64,000 nucleotides of DNA, taken from positions 16,712 through 80,711 of IMG/VR virus record IMGVR_UViG_3300025930_000141. The stretch is one strand, 5' to 3'. Both the position numbers and the translations under genes were made by a program. Positions 44,328-55,300 of this stretch are shown here, one piece after another (positions within the stretch are counted from its first letter, which is position 1; every line of letters begins with the position of its first letter). The stretch is from a virus. The notes below the pieces were generated by a model, which saw nothing but the letters and a program-made list of their open reading frames with translations, did not search any database and was not told where the DNA came from.

Positions 44328-45005
44328 TTATTCGTATTTTCCTTGGTCTTCTCTGTGTGACCAGTGGTGGAGACCGAACGCTCCCACAGCCACAGCCTGG
44401 TCCCGCCAATCATCTGCATTTCCTCCTACTGGTATACTGCCATGATGCACATAGTTAAACGTTTCTCTTGGCAAGGCCAACAGGTCGTCTCGTTCGTGCC
44501 ACACTCGGGTAAGCAGGTGCGGCCCGGTTTGATGTTGCATGTATTCATTATACCTGGCGTAATAGTTTTCTGGAAGTACGTCGTTGAGACGCTTCCAGAA
44601 CGGATGCCCCTTTGGTCCACCATAAGCACAGTTAACCAAGTAGTAGTCGTCTTCAAATGTGGCCCAGGCATTCTCGCCCGTAATTTCCATTAGGTCATCT
44701 AGAGGTCGAAGAGGCTCAATGTCTACATTTAAACATACCCCGCCGAACCGCTCCATTAGTTCATAATAAATTACATCACTTGACTGCACCGCTACGGCCC
44801 TGTCAAAGTCCATCGGAATGCTCGACCTTGGCCGACGAGCAATGTCATCTAACACGGATTGATTACGCATGGGCGGCAGGTCTTTTCGAGTCCATTCGAT
44901 AACTTGCCAATTGGGATTTAGGTCTTGCCACTGTTGACCGAACTCTATATAGCGCTCTGGCATAGGTTTGGGACCGAGCCAAAGTCTATGAACCAGTCTT
45001 TCCAC
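44328..45005 (-). CDS. glycosyltransferase (GT32/OCH1-like)
   Basis: HRLWLGP, SDVIYYE, GGVCLNVD, TGP, HHW. Confidence 0.82.
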   Translation of the reverse strand: MERLVHRLWLGPKPMPERYIEFGQQWQDLNPNWQVIEWTRKDLPPMRNQSVLDDIARRPRSSIPMDFDRAVAVQSSDVIYYELMERFGGVCLNVDIEPLRPLDDLMEITGENAWATFEDDYYLVNCAYGGPKGHPFWKRLNDVLPENYYARYNEYMQHQTGPHLLTRVWHERDDLLALPRETFNYVHHGSIPVGGNADDWRDQAVAVGAFGLHHWSHREDQGKYE

Positions 45006-45930
45006 GCAGTTTCCTAAAGTAGTCTACGGTTTCGTGTACCCCGTCTTTCAGGGTCTTGAATGGTCGCAGGTCCAGGCCGTCGAGCGTGGACGGGTCGCCC
45101 AGCACAATACTGTGCTCCGGTTCGCCAGGACGCATTGGTTGGTAAGCCAGCCTTGCAAAAGACTTCTCCTGTTGCTCGCGGGCGCGCCAGTATGGGTCTA
45201 CCTCATTCCACACCGTTTTGGCAATCTCATTAACAGTGGTGTCAACTCCGCTGCCAGCCTCGTAGATGTGAGTAGACGGGAAACCGGACTCCACGTGACG
45301 CTCTAGGGCGGACACCAAAGTCTGTGCTACGTCACCTACGTAAATCATGTCCATAATCTGGCTGCCGTCTCCATAGATTTCAATAGGCTTACCGTCGAGA
45401 GCCAGGTTCACGAACGCAGGCATAATCTTCTTTACCTTGCTAGGGCCGTACGGTGGCGCTGCCACCTGGCGGGGGCCGTAGGCATTGAGCGCACGAACAA
45501 TGGTAATGTTGGTGTTCTGTTCGGCGTTGAACATGTGAGCAAACCGCTCCATCGTAGACTTGGTGATGGAGTAGGTGTTATTCATCCAGTGATTGCCCAC
45601 TGCAATGTTTACGCCTGGGACCTTATACTGAGCGGCTGCTTTGAAGAGATTGAGTCCACCCAGAATATTAGTGTGCGCTGCTGGAATGGGATTGACAATG
45701 GTTTCTTGAGTACCCAAGACACCAGCCAAATGAATCCATGCGTCAGCATGCGCCACCGCTTCGGTGACCGCTGTGGAATCTGTGATATCTCCCAGGAATA
45801 ACTCGCTTCCGTCAGGGAGAAATCCCTTGTTGTGACGGTCAAATGCAATCGGCGTGTGACCACGGCGAATCAACTCTTCTTGTACGTACCCGCCGATGAA
45901 ACCGGAGGCACCTGTTACTAAAACTTTCAT
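44986..45930 (-). CDS. NAD-dependent sugar epimerase/dehydratase
   Basis: TGASGFIG, YSITK, NAYGP, GDGSQ. Confidence 0.9.
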   Translation of the reverse strand: MKVLVTGASGFIGGYVQEELIRRGHTPIAFDRHNKGFLPDGSELFLGDITDSTAVTEAVAHADAWIHLAGVLGTQETIVNPIPAAHTNILGGLNLFKAAAQYKVPGVNIAVGNHWMNNTYSITKSTMERFAHMFNAEQNTNITIVRALNAYGPRQVAAPPYGPSKVKKIMPAFVNLALDGKPIEIYGDGSQIMDMIYVGDVAQTLVSALERHVESGFPSTHIYEAGSGVDTTVNEIAKTVWNEVDPYWRAREQQEKSFARLAYQPMRPGEPEHSIVLGDPSTLDGLDLRPFKTLKDGVHETVDYFRKLRGKTGS

Positions 45931-46670
45931 CAATATCTTTCGGTCTTCTGTACATGTGTTTCTGCCTGCCAATCATAGGTGACTATATCGGCAAAATGTG
46001 GGTGCGGTGCATATCCCGCAGCAAGTCCCATATGTGCTACTTCATAAATCCAACAGTCTACCGGCGTGGTGATGCCGTAGGTGCGGGCTCGGCGTACGAG
46101 CCGTCGTCCACCGGCAGGGCTATATACCAATGATACCATACCATAGCCCTGATAGACCTTGGCCGCGATGTTTCGCTCGTTGACCCGGTAGTTACTTAAC
46201 TCGTCTGGAAGGTGATTACCATGCTGATACTGTTTCCAGTTGTGCCAACGGACGTTATAGTGATAGTCGGCACGCTGGTTCTCCGGTACCCATAAAGCAG
46301 CAAAGTCCCAGTCGGGCGGTAGTTCGTCCAAGAACATGTCTAACTTGTCCTTGAACGTGTAGTCGATTACCGCGTCGTCCTCAAACACAATTAGTGGCTC
46401 ATCCAGTTCGCCCGCCAGTTCCCAGCGGTCAAAGTTGGAAAGCCACACTCCCAGTTCACCTCGCTTGGGATTGGTCCATATGTCTTTTCGCAAGTACAGG
46501 TCGCGCTTGCGGAAGTCGTCTTCGGTAATCTTGTTACCGTCCACTGCGGGCCAGCAGATTTCACCATCAGCCCCGACGTACTTGCGAATGTTTCGCTTAT
46601 ATGCCAGTCGTTCGTCGTTCAGGCTGATAATCGTAAACATCATCGCGTCAGGCCGTGTTTCTTTAACCAC
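45930..46670 (-). CDS. glycosyltransferase family 25
   Basis: IISL..R, AVDG, GELGVWLS, VFEDD, PVD. Confidence 0.82.
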   Translation of the reverse strand: MVKETRPDAMMFTIISLNDERLAYKRNIRKYVGADGEICWPAVDGNKITEDDFRKRDLYLRKDIWTNPKRGELGVWLSNFDRWELAGELDEPLIVFEDDAVIDYTFKDKLDMFLDELPPDWDFAALWVPENQRADYHYNVRWHNWKQYQHGNHLPDELSNYRVNERNIAAKVYQGYGMVSLVYSPAGGRRLVRRARTYGITTPVDCWIYEVAHMGLAAGYAPHPHFADIVTYDWQAETHVQKTERY

Positions 46671-46775
46671 CTGTTAATGGTTGCCTGGTCGCAACCTGCA
46701 ATACGAGCAATCTCTTGCTCGGTCATCCTGTCAATCACATACCGCCGATAGCACCAAGCGTATGACGTATAGAGT

Positions 46776-47018
46776 TTATCCGACAATTGGCTTAAACTCC
46801 GTACATACGTTCTTGCTGTGAGCGTCGGTGTCCCATACTAATGTGCCGCAACCTCGACGGCAACGATAAGCCTGCTGTTCTAGGCTCCAAACGTATCCTT
46901 GGGCTCGCTTGTCAGCACGATTCTTATAAGCCGAATAGTGCGGGTGGTTGTGGCAGTGTTCCTTGTGTCCGGGGAACCCGCCGCAGCAGGGTTGGTCCCA
47001 GTGGTCGTAGTCAGCCAT
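46776..47018 (-). CDS. small Cys/His-rich protein
   Basis: coupled ORF. Confidence 0.5.
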   Translation of the reverse strand: MADYDHWDQPCCGGFPGHKEHCHNHPHYSAYKNRADKRAQGYVWSLEQQAYRCRRGCGTLVWDTDAHSKNVCTEFKPIVG

Positions 47019-47182
47019 GTTCTATAAGTCCTCGTTTTTCCATTTCATGCTCGATTTCGTTCAGGAACATTTGTGTTTGTTGGACCTTACGCTCGTATAC
47101 GTTCATATTGATTTTGTGCTGCTCCCAGTAATGAGCCAGTGATGCGTCGTCGGCACCCCGAATCATGCTCACCCACGTAGGT

Positions 47183-47656
47183 TCAGAAGGGCGGGTCCCA
47201 CCAGATGTTTGCAATTGGCTTACCTACTTCCTTAGCATATTTGTAAGCATTATACGTGCCGCCGAATTCCTTGTTGGGATTCCAGTAGGCGAGCACTAGG
47301 TCACCACGGTCAATCATGTATTCGTTACGCTTTCCATATACCCAGGGGCCGGGGTAGTCGTCGTAGTCAGTGACGTAAACTACTTCCTGCGCCACAGATA
47401 GAATGTGTGCGTATAGTTCTTCGTCTGCTTTTCGGGGCCTGTGCCCACGCCAGGGTACGGCACAAATAAGTCCAATATCTTGCCGGTAAGCCTCGTCTGC
47501 CGCCCAAAGGTCAAAGCCAGCGGCCATGCCAGTAATGAACGCATCAATAGTCTTCGGAGTATATCTGAACTTGGTTGCGACCTTAATTCGTACCGCCGCT
47601 TCGTCTTCTGCATCTTCTGGCCTATGCCCGGTCCCCGCTACAATTAATCCGCTCAC
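47183..47656 (-). CDS. YspA/SLOG family protein
   Basis: GTGHRP, GMAAGFD, RNEYMID, GGT. Confidence 0.8.
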   Translation of the reverse strand: MSGLIVAGTGHRPEDAEDEAAVRIKVATKFRYTPKTIDAFITGMAAGFDLWAADEAYRQDIGLICAVPWRGHRPRKADEELYAHILSVAQEVVYVTDYDDYPGPWVYGKRNEYMIDRGDLVLAYWNPNKEFGGTYNAYKYAKEVGKPIANIWWDPPF

Positions 47657-47751
47657 GGTGCTCCCGTTCTACTCGTTTAACCATTGAGCAGGGATATCCC
47701 TGCATGCATCCTTCGTGGTCTGGACAGTCCGAGCAAAAGGATTCTCCCGGC

Positions 47752-48102
47752 TCACGCATGTCCATTATCTCGCTCGACCCATTCTCCATTTTCACGGACC
47801 TCGGTTCTAATGTTTACCGGCCACATGGCTCGGTCTACTTCGGCAATCGTACGAGCATCCGCACCGCATTGCTTTCTAACCCATGCTTCAAACTCTGGGG
47901 TGGCTACCATTCTTTTCCAAGCAGCACGCTTGTTCTGTAACTGGCTGCGCTGGTCTTGGGAATAGCCAACCGCGCCGGAGGCGCGGTGTGTAATTCTAAC
48001 AGCGGTATCTCGCTTATTGCGATTCTGACCTCCGTTGCCATGGCCGCGCGTAGTCTCTACGTCACAGTCGGCAAGGGTCACGCTGAACGCTAGTTCTCTC
48101 AC
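47752..48102 (-). CDS. peptide-chain release factor domain protein (GGQ; ArfB/PrfH-like)
   Basis: GNGGQNRNKRDTAVRITH..SG...RSQLQNK. Confidence 0.88.
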   Translation of the reverse strand: MRELAFSVTLADCDVETTRGHGNGGQNRNKRDTAVRITHRASGAVGYSQDQRSQLQNKRAAWKRMVATPEFEAWVRKQCGADARTIAEVDRAMWPVNIRTEVRENGEWVERDNGHA

Positions 48103-48121
48103 CCGACCAGTCTACCACGGC

Positions 48122-48685
48122 TCAGCAGTAGAGGTCAACACCCACTTGACTAATCGCTATTGCGTCAGCCTGGTTGTCGGTACCGACATTAAGTCCATAC
48201 TGTTCGATTACCCAATCCATGGTGCGCTGCTTGCGAATCTGTCTTTGCTTGTTTAGGTACCAGGCCTTGGACTTCGCCGGATACTGCTGTCGCAGTTCGG
48301 TCTTTTCTTGTGCCGTGAACGGTTTGTTTCCAATGGCTGGCTGCCACACGAGCGGAGTAATTTCTTCTACCCTCACGTGTGGCCGCATGAGCGGTGCTAT
48401 CACGGCACCGTATGCATAAGCCAGTTGGACGACGGTCTTTTTGTTCTGAATGTATACCGCCGATTCAAACAGAATCATGTCGTAGGTCATGTCTGGTAAC
48501 TCAGTGGCGAGCCGCTTCTGGGCGTCGGCAATTCTGTCGAATACCGTCGGCCCGATAAATGTAATCTCGCCCCATGTCTCAATACCGTTCTTGGTGTTCA
48601 GACAATAAGCAACCGAGTTAGTTGATATGTCGAGTCCTAGCAGACTTTGTGGCTTGTCATCTTGTAGCCAATCTTTCATTGCCAT
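48122..48685 (-). CDS. RuvC-like Holliday junction resolvase
   Basis: LGLDIST, FE, W, DNQADAI. Confidence 0.8.
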   Translation of the reverse strand: MAMKDWLQDDKPQSLLGLDISTNSVAYCLNTKNGIETWGEITFIGPTVFDRIADAQKRLATELPDMTYDMILFESAVYIQNKKTVVQLAYAYGAVIAPLMRPHVRVEEITPLVWQPAIGNKPFTAQEKTELRQQYPAKSKAWYLNKQRQIRKQRTMDWVIEQYGLNVGTDNQADAIAISQVGVDLYC

Positions 48686-48722
48686 ACCTACATTGTAAAC
48701 TAAATAGGTTCACAATGTAAAC

Positions 48723-49031
48723 TTAGCCTGCCAAAACGGACGAAAGCATCATCTTCGTATTCGTATTACGAATGGACTCATTTTCATTTAGACATGAATT
48801 ACACATGTTGGCATTATTGTATCTGGACAACTCGCTCTCGCATTTCATGCAAAAGCGCTTGTGGCCCAGGCGTTGCGCTCGGCGCGCGTAATACTTCTCC
48901 ATAATCTTGCGATTGGTCGCCAGTCGGCAGCACTCCGCGTCATGGTACTTCTGATTATGTGTCTTCGAAACAAACTCAATGTTGCAGCCGTCGTTTGCAC
49001 AATTCCTTACTTCTCCTATCAATACTGTCAC
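48723..49031 (-). CDS. Zn-binding hypothetical protein
   Basis: multiple Cys pairs; NQKYH..ECC. Confidence 0.65.
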   Translation of the reverse strand: MTVLIGEVRNCANDGCNIEFVSKTHNQKYHDAECCRLATNRKIMEKYYARRAQRLGHKRFCMKCESELSRYNNANMCNSCLNENESIRNTNTKMMLSSVLAG

Positions 49032-49034
49032 CTC

Positions 49035-49844
49035 CTATACCCTTGGTACCTCCAAGATTGGTAAGGTGACTGTACCCGGATTAGGGTCTGTGCCGTTCAC
49101 TGTGCCTCTGGTCCAGCCGTCCCAGCACTTATCTCGTACCGGGCAGCCCTTGCACTGGTAACTGGACTTATTGAACGGTCGTGTAGGCAGTTCACCGTTA
49201 TCGGCGTTTTCCTTGACCATTCGCATCCAGTCTAAAGTGTCTTCGACCAACTGCGTATTCTTTTCTGTCATCTTCACCGGGTACACGAACAACTGATTTG
49301 TGTCCTTGTTCTCGGTTAGCAGGAAACCTCTCTCGTGATTGGTTAGGTGCATGTAGATGAGCAACTGCAACAATTGATAACCGGGTACCGTATACTTCGC
49401 TACCCGGCTGTTCCATGTGTTTGTGTTTGTGGTCTTTACCTCGACCACGACCTCCTGGCCCTGCCAGTTGACAAGGGCGTCGATGAAACCACGAATCGGA
49501 GGGTCGTTCGTGGGGTTGGTAACCTCGACCTCACGGCCTGTCAGAATTCCAGCGGCCTCTAGGGTGTCTGCAATTCTTTCGCCCGCGCTGGTGCCGTTCT
49601 TCATGTTAGCCACGGCCAGCGGTTCGTTGTGATAAGCGAACTCCACGCCATTGAATGCGTAATACCAATAGCGTGGGCAGGTTCCCGAGTATCCTAGATT
49701 AGAGGGGGCGAACGATTCTTTAGTCCGCTCGCCACCCTCTCGCTCTAGAGTCTTTTCTAGTAATTCGTTGAATTCTCCGATACCGAATGCCCTGGCGATA
49801 GCCAGGTGGTCGTTGAGAACTACGAAAGTTTGCTTTTCTGTCAT
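49035..49844 (-). CDS. Cas4-like PD-(D/E)XK exonuclease
   Basis: CPR, GFIDA, EVKT, QLLIY, C..CP...C. Confidence 0.85.
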   Translation of the reverse strand: MTEKQTFVVLNDHLAIARAFGIGEFNELLEKTLEREGGERTKESFAPSNLGYSGTCPRYWYYAFNGVEFAYHNEPLAVANMKNGTSAGERIADTLEAAGILTGREVEVTNPTNDPPIRGFIDALVNWQGQEVVVEVKTTNTNTWNSRVAKYTVPGYQLLQLLIYMHLTNHERGFLLTENKDTNQLFVYPVKMTEKNTQLVEDTLDWMRMVKENADNGELPTRPFNKSSYQCKGCPVRDKCWDGWTRGTVNGTDPNPGTVTLPILEVPRV

Positions 49845-50221
49845 CTAGTTAGGTACTTGAGTCCGTCACAAAGTCTCTCAATACCGCTCACCATGGAGTA
49901 GTAGTGATTCTTCTTTGCGTTCGATTCAGTAGTTCCTTTCTTATATGACATGTATGCGTTATATTGCATTCTAAACTTGACGGCGTATGCCTCAAGCCTG
50001 ACGATAATTGGTCCGACCTTTGAGGTGTCCGGTATGGTGCCGTCGATTATGTCGGTGACCAGTTTGAGTACATGGGAGAAGTCTTCATCGTCAACAAAGT
50101 CTTCGCACTCTTCTACCCATTCCGCTTTCGCCTCAGCCATGTTGCCCCGCAACCGGCTCACGATAACCAATGGGTTGTCTTGTATCTCGTTCCATTTCGC
50201 GTCTATCTGTTTCTTGTTCAT
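49841..50221 (-). CDS. hypothetical protein
   Basis: coupled ORF. Confidence 0.6.
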   Translation of the reverse strand: MNKKQIDAKWNEIQDNPLVIVSRLRGNMAEAKAEWVEECEDFVDDEDFSHVLKLVTDIIDGTIPDTSKVGPIIVRLEAYAVKFRMQYNAYMSYKKGTTESNAKKNHYYSMVSGIERLCDGLKYLTR

Positions 50222-50520
50222 TCGCCATATTTCTCCACCCATGCATCATACATTTCGTGGAACATGTTATCGTCAATAACCCACAGGCGTAGTTTGTCAG
50301 TTCGGCCTAGCACCAACTTTAGTGCTGGTACCTTGCGCATGCTGAGGGCGTCTTTAGTGGTCTTTGCCCATACCGCGCGGCTGACGCTGAACGACTCGGA
50401 ATATTCCTTGTAGTCCACGCAAAACTCGCCAAGCGAGGCGTCGCCCTTTTGAATCCATCCACGCCCTGAGTTACGGTGCAGGCTCGCGCCGTCTCGGGCG
50501 GCTTCGTTCTTTTCAGTCAT
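50218..50520 (-). CDS. PD-(D/E)XK resolvase-like protein
   Basis: NSGRG..KGD...VDYKE. Confidence 0.65.
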   Translation of the reverse strand: MTEKNEAARDGASLHRNSGRGWIQKGDASLGEFCVDYKEYSESFSVSRAVWAKTTKDALSMRKVPALKLVLGRTDKLRLWVIDDNMFHEMYDAWVEKYGE

Positions 50521-50789
50521 TCTCTCTCCCACATATGGGTTTCATCCTCATGGTCGCCCTTGTGTCCTATAGGCAAATAACAGGTTTGCTGTGGAAAATA
50601 ACGCCGGGGCTTGCCGCACAGAGGGGTTGTCGTTTCATTCTTTTCGGTCACGTCGTGCCTCTGCCTCGCGTGCGCGCCTGTATGCGCCCGTGGGATTATC
50701 GGGCCACGGCTCGCCCAACGCCGCGTCCTGTCGCGCCTTAGTTTCACTTAATGCATCGAGAGCATCTTGTATTTGTCGTTCTTCTCTGT

Positions 50790-50981
50790 TCATCCGCCAA
50801 CCATGTCTTCCGCGTTGTATTTGGTGACGTGCCCATTAGAGCACTGCCACGCATAAATGTCTGACTGTGTAAAGTGCTTGGCTTCGTTTACCTCTTCGTC
50901 GCAATCATCACAATAGAATCGTCCCATGACCATGGTGTGCGCCAGGTCTTGTTTCTTTGGTAGGAAATACTTAGAGGCCAT
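50790..50981 (-). CDS. small Zn-ribbon protein
   Basis: CDDC...WQCSNGH. Confidence 0.6.
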   Translation of the reverse strand: MASKYFLPKKQDLAHTMVMGRFYCDDCDEEVNEAKHFTQSDIYAWQCSNGHVTKYNAEDMVGG

Positions 50982-51984
50982 TTAGTTCTGCCTCCAATTT
51001 CTCCTGTATTTGCGGATTGTCCTTGAGATATGTAACGGCACCCTTTCGGCCCTGAGCCTGTTGTCCGTAAACTTCATACCAAGCCCCTCGGCGGTGGACG
51101 AGGCCGTAGTCCACGCCCATGTCCAGCACTTCGCCGGTAAGGTCGAGGCCAGGGCCACGAGCAGCGTTGTTGCGGTAAAAGTCGAATGCTCCGGTTCCAT
51201 ATTCACCATTAATCTTGTTCTTGTCGATGTGCCAATTCACGGGTGCTCCGACAGCCTCTTCGACCAAGTTTTCGCCTCGCTGCACTTTTTCCTTAAGTTG
51301 CTTGTCGTCTGACTTGGTTGAAGAGAATCTAACTCGGAGCGCGTCGGTATGACGCACTTCCTTGCCGCCGATTGGCATGAATGGCTTTGTCATCGCGGGC
51401 GAGCCCACGTCGATACGGGCCTGTGAGATATGAACAATCGCGGTGGTCCAGTTAATTCCCTGAACCATCTTACACATCTGACCGAGGTCTTTAGCCATTT
51501 GGCCCAACTGTCTGGTGTTTTCGAAGTTCTTCAATACTCCGTCTTTGTCCACCAAGTTACTGGGCATCAGTGCGGCGGTGGAATCAATGAAAATCATGTC
51601 CACGCCGCTGTTAATCAATTTAACTTGTAGGTCTGTCAACTCTGATATGGTTGACACTTCTGTTACGAGCACTTTCTCAGGGTCGAGTCCTAGGGCTTCT
51701 GCCCACGCGGGGTCGAACGAATGTTCCGCGTCTACCCATGCAATGCTCTGGCCTTGTTTTTGATTGATACCGGCTGTCTGCAATGCGAATGCGGTCTTGA
51801 ACGAAATCTCCGCTCCCCAGAGAGTATGCTGCTTTCCTCTACGGAATCCACCACCGAGTAACTTGTTCATTTTGAACGAAGCGGTCGGCAGTTTCTCGCT
51901 GCTAATCTCTGACCCTATTTTGAGTTGTGCCCGTGTATCTTTATCTAAGGACGCTAAAATGTCGTCTAGTGTTACATCTGGCAT
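50971..51984 (-). CDS. recA: RecA/UvsX-like recombinase
   Basis: LLGGG, WVDAEHSFD, FIDS, ISQAR, GGK, KNK, GAWY. Confidence 0.9.
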   Translation of the reverse strand: MPDVTLDDILASLDKDTRAQLKIGSEISSEKLPTASFKMNKLLGGGFRRGKQHTLWGAEISFKTAFALQTAGINQKQGQSIAWVDAEHSFDPAWAEALGLDPEKVLVTEVSTISELTDLQVKLINSGVDMIFIDSTAALMPSNLVDKDGVLKNFENTRQLGQMAKDLGQMCKMVQGINWTTAIVHISQARIDVGSPAMTKPFMPIGGKEVRHTDALRVRFSSTKSDDKQLKEKVQRGENLVEEAVGAPVNWHIDKNKINGEYGTGAFDFYRNNAARGPGLDLTGEVLDMGVDYGLVHRRGAWYEVYGQQAQGRKGAVTYLKDNPQIQEKLEAELNGL

Positions 51985-52002
51985 ACGTCCATTATAGCAG
52001 GT

Positions 52003-52251
52003 TCAGGCGTCGTTGTCTACGTCCTCAATTGTTACTCCGATTGTGTGGTCGTGCGTAATCGGGTCTTCGTCAATGAACAATTGAGTACCCTCGGGCAGCC
52101 CCGCTGCGACGGTACCATGCAAAATGGTGACCGGCTCTCCTATCTCTAATAGGATGAATGCCAGGGTTTGTTGCAACATGAGAAATGACTTCTCTAGTTG
52201 GTCAACCTCATTTTCTAGTTTACGAATGTATACGTCTTCTGATACGGTCAT
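52003..52251 (-). CDS. hypothetical protein
   Basis: GGAG RBS. Confidence 0.55.
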   Translation of the reverse strand: MTVSEDVYIRKLENEVDQLEKSFLMLQQTLAFILLEIGEPVTILHGTVAAGLPEGTQLFIDEDPITHDHTIGVTIEDVDNDA

Positions 52252-52390
52252 TTATTATCTCCACATTCTGGACACACGGCTGTCACCCAGTCGCCGCCGA
52301 GACTAATTTCACGATACTCCATTCCGGGCGACAGTTCCTTGTTGCATTTATAGCAACGTAACCCGAAGGGATATTCAAGTTGTGTCACAA

Positions 52391-55300
52391 TCATAGTATT
52401 CTTTCCACGGACAACTTGCCGTCGTCCATTTCCTTTAGTTCAATGTCTACCACGTTACCCGGCTTGCACAGCGTGTGTACCTGCGGATAGGTGGACGGCC
52501 ACACAATGGCCCCAAATAGATTCTTCTCGTTGTCTACCAGCACAATGTCACCCATCCGCTTACCGGCCTTGGTGATGCGGGTATTAAGAGACAGCACCTT
52601 GTACATGGCATCGGGTACGTCGGACATATCGTTCTTGCCCAAGAACTTACCGATGATAGAGGAATCCAGTTCCTCTACCCGGCACTTCTCGATAACGGTG
52701 TTGTTCGACACCAGCAGTACATAGATTTGTCCTGTTTCGTATTCTTCCCCGAAGGAAGTGAATATGCCCTTTACGTCGGTCTCGTCCAGGAAGTCCACGC
52801 GCTGCCAGTTGTCCTTACGGGTAATCTGCTGACACATTGCCATGGTGACATAAGTGGCTGACTCGTCGTGCTCGTCCAGCGTAGCAAACTGCGCCTTAAT
52901 GTCTGGTGGCAGGTCGTAGGCCAGCGACGGCACGTTAAGGTACTTGTAGTAGTTGTCTGGCTCGTTGCCGGTACGAGGGTTGTCTTCGAATGCCGCTGCT
53001 CCCACGGCATTCAGGGCCGCTAGGACGCCGGAAGAAATACCGCTGTACTTCTGCTCCGCTGCAATTGTCAGAGCCTCATACGAGGCGTACGGAGCCCCGT
53101 CCAGGATGCGCTTGGCCGTCTTCGGACCGATGCCCTTGACGGACTCCAATCCGAATCGAATATAGTCGCCCTCTTCGTCGGTCTGAATGCTGATATGAAT
53201 ATCAGACTTGTTGACGTGAGGCATCCTTACCCGAATACCGAGTCGCTTGACTTCCAACAAATAAGTGAGCATCTTCATGCGGTCGTTCTTGTTGGACGAC
53301 TTGAGTCGGCTCAGCGCCGAGGTGATGTATTCGATTGGGTAATAGTATTTAAGGTATGCCGTAAGTAGCGTAAGCATAGAGTAGCCAACGGCGTGTGCCT
53401 TTGCGAATGCGTAGTCGGCTGAGGCTTCAAGGTCTTTCCAGACCGCTGCGGCCTTTGTTCGTCCAAGTTTGTCACTGGCACCATTAATAAATTCGTCCTT
53501 CCAGACGGCGAGGTCTTGTGGAATCTTCTTGGAAATTGCCTTACGAACCTTGTTAGCGTGTGCCGGGGACATTCCGGCAATCTCCTGGCAGAGCAACAAC
53601 TGCTGCTCCTGGTAGAGTATAGCACCATAGGTTTCGCGCGTGAACCACTCGGCGTCCTTGTGAATATACTTGATGTTACCGGTCTTCTTGCCGCGCATGT
53701 AAGTCGAACCTACAGTGGAGTTGGCGGCACCCGGACGGACCAGTGCGTTAGAGGCTACCAGTTCGTCAAAGTTGTGTACGCCACCCATGTTCAAAATGGT
53801 GCGCGTCGAGGCCGACTGCTCTGCCTGGAAAAGCAGGGAAGTGTGACCGGCAGAAATCATGTCGTAAATGTTCTTGTCGTCAAGCGGAATTTGCTCAATG
53901 TCAATGTCAATGCCGTGGCGCTGCTTAATCAACTTCAAGGCGTCGTCCACGATAGACAGCGTGCGCAAGCCCAGCAGGTCGTACTTAACGAATCCAATGT
54001 CGGCCAGTTCGCGCATGTCTGCACCGGCCACCGGTACGCGACCGGCACCCTCGTCGGATGGGTCGTTGGCGCTCTGAATTGGGACATACCGCTCGATAGG
54101 CTCAGCCGACAGGATGACGCCGCCAGGGTGCACGCCGGTAGACTGAATACGGCCAACCAGAGCCTTAGCCAACTTGGCTAAGTCCGGGTATTGCTTTCTG
54201 ACATTAGCCAGGTCAGGGTGGCGCTGGTAAGCGTCAATAGTTTCAACTGTCTTACCAATCTTTGCTGCCACGGCGAACGGTACGCCGACCACCTTGGCCG
54301 CAGCCTTGAGCGCAGACTTGTCCTTGTACTCGGTAATGGTCAAAATGTTGGAGACATTACCGTATACGTCTACCACGTGCTTCTTAACCTGATACCGACC
54401 ATCAATAGCAAAGTCGGTGTCAATGTCTGCCGGGTCGTCACGGTCCACGCTCAGGAAGCGCTCGGGCAACAGGTTATACGGCATAGGGTTAATCTTGGTT
54501 AGCCGTAGGGCGTAGTTGGTTAGATACGATACCGCCGAGCCTCGTCCGTAGCCAGTGAAAATGTCATTGTCGGTTGCCCATTGCACATATTCCTTGGCAA
54601 TGAGGAAATAGTTGCTGAGGCCCAGAGAGGTGATTGTATCGAGTTCGAAATTCACACGGGCCAGGTTCTCTTCTGTATTTATTCCGCGCTCCTGTAGGCC
54701 TCTATAGGTCTCCTGGCGCAGTTCCTCGTCCGCTTGCTCGCTGACAACCGGCAACAGGTCCAGCCGCTCGTGGTAGGTGTATTCTTCTACTGTGTTAGCG
54801 ATAACCATGGTGTTAGTTAGGGCCTCTTCACCTATACCGTGCTTTTCCAGATTGGCCTTATGCTCGTCGTAGGTGTGCAGCCACAGTTCAAAGTCCTTGA
54901 AACTCATCGTGCGGTCCGGGTACAGGTAATTCAACTTCTCGACAAACTCTGCCTGAGCCAACTTGGAACGGTCGATTTCCTTGACCAACTTCGGACTCGT
55001 GTTAATGATAAGCATGGATTCGGCCAGCCACAGGTCGTCCTTTGAGGCCATGTGGCAGTCGCTCGTGATGACGACCGGAATGCCGTGTTTCTTAGCCAGG
55101 GAGGCCAGGGCCTTGTTGAGTTTCTTGTCGTTAGACTCCATGACCTCCATGTAGAAGCGGTCACCGAAGATGCGCTTGAAATCTTTTGCCAATTGCTCCG
55201 CTTGTGGCTTGTCACCGGCCTCAATCGCCTTAGCAATCATACCGCTCATGCACCCCGAGAGCGCAACGATTCCCTCGTTATGCTCTTCTAGTACCTCTAG

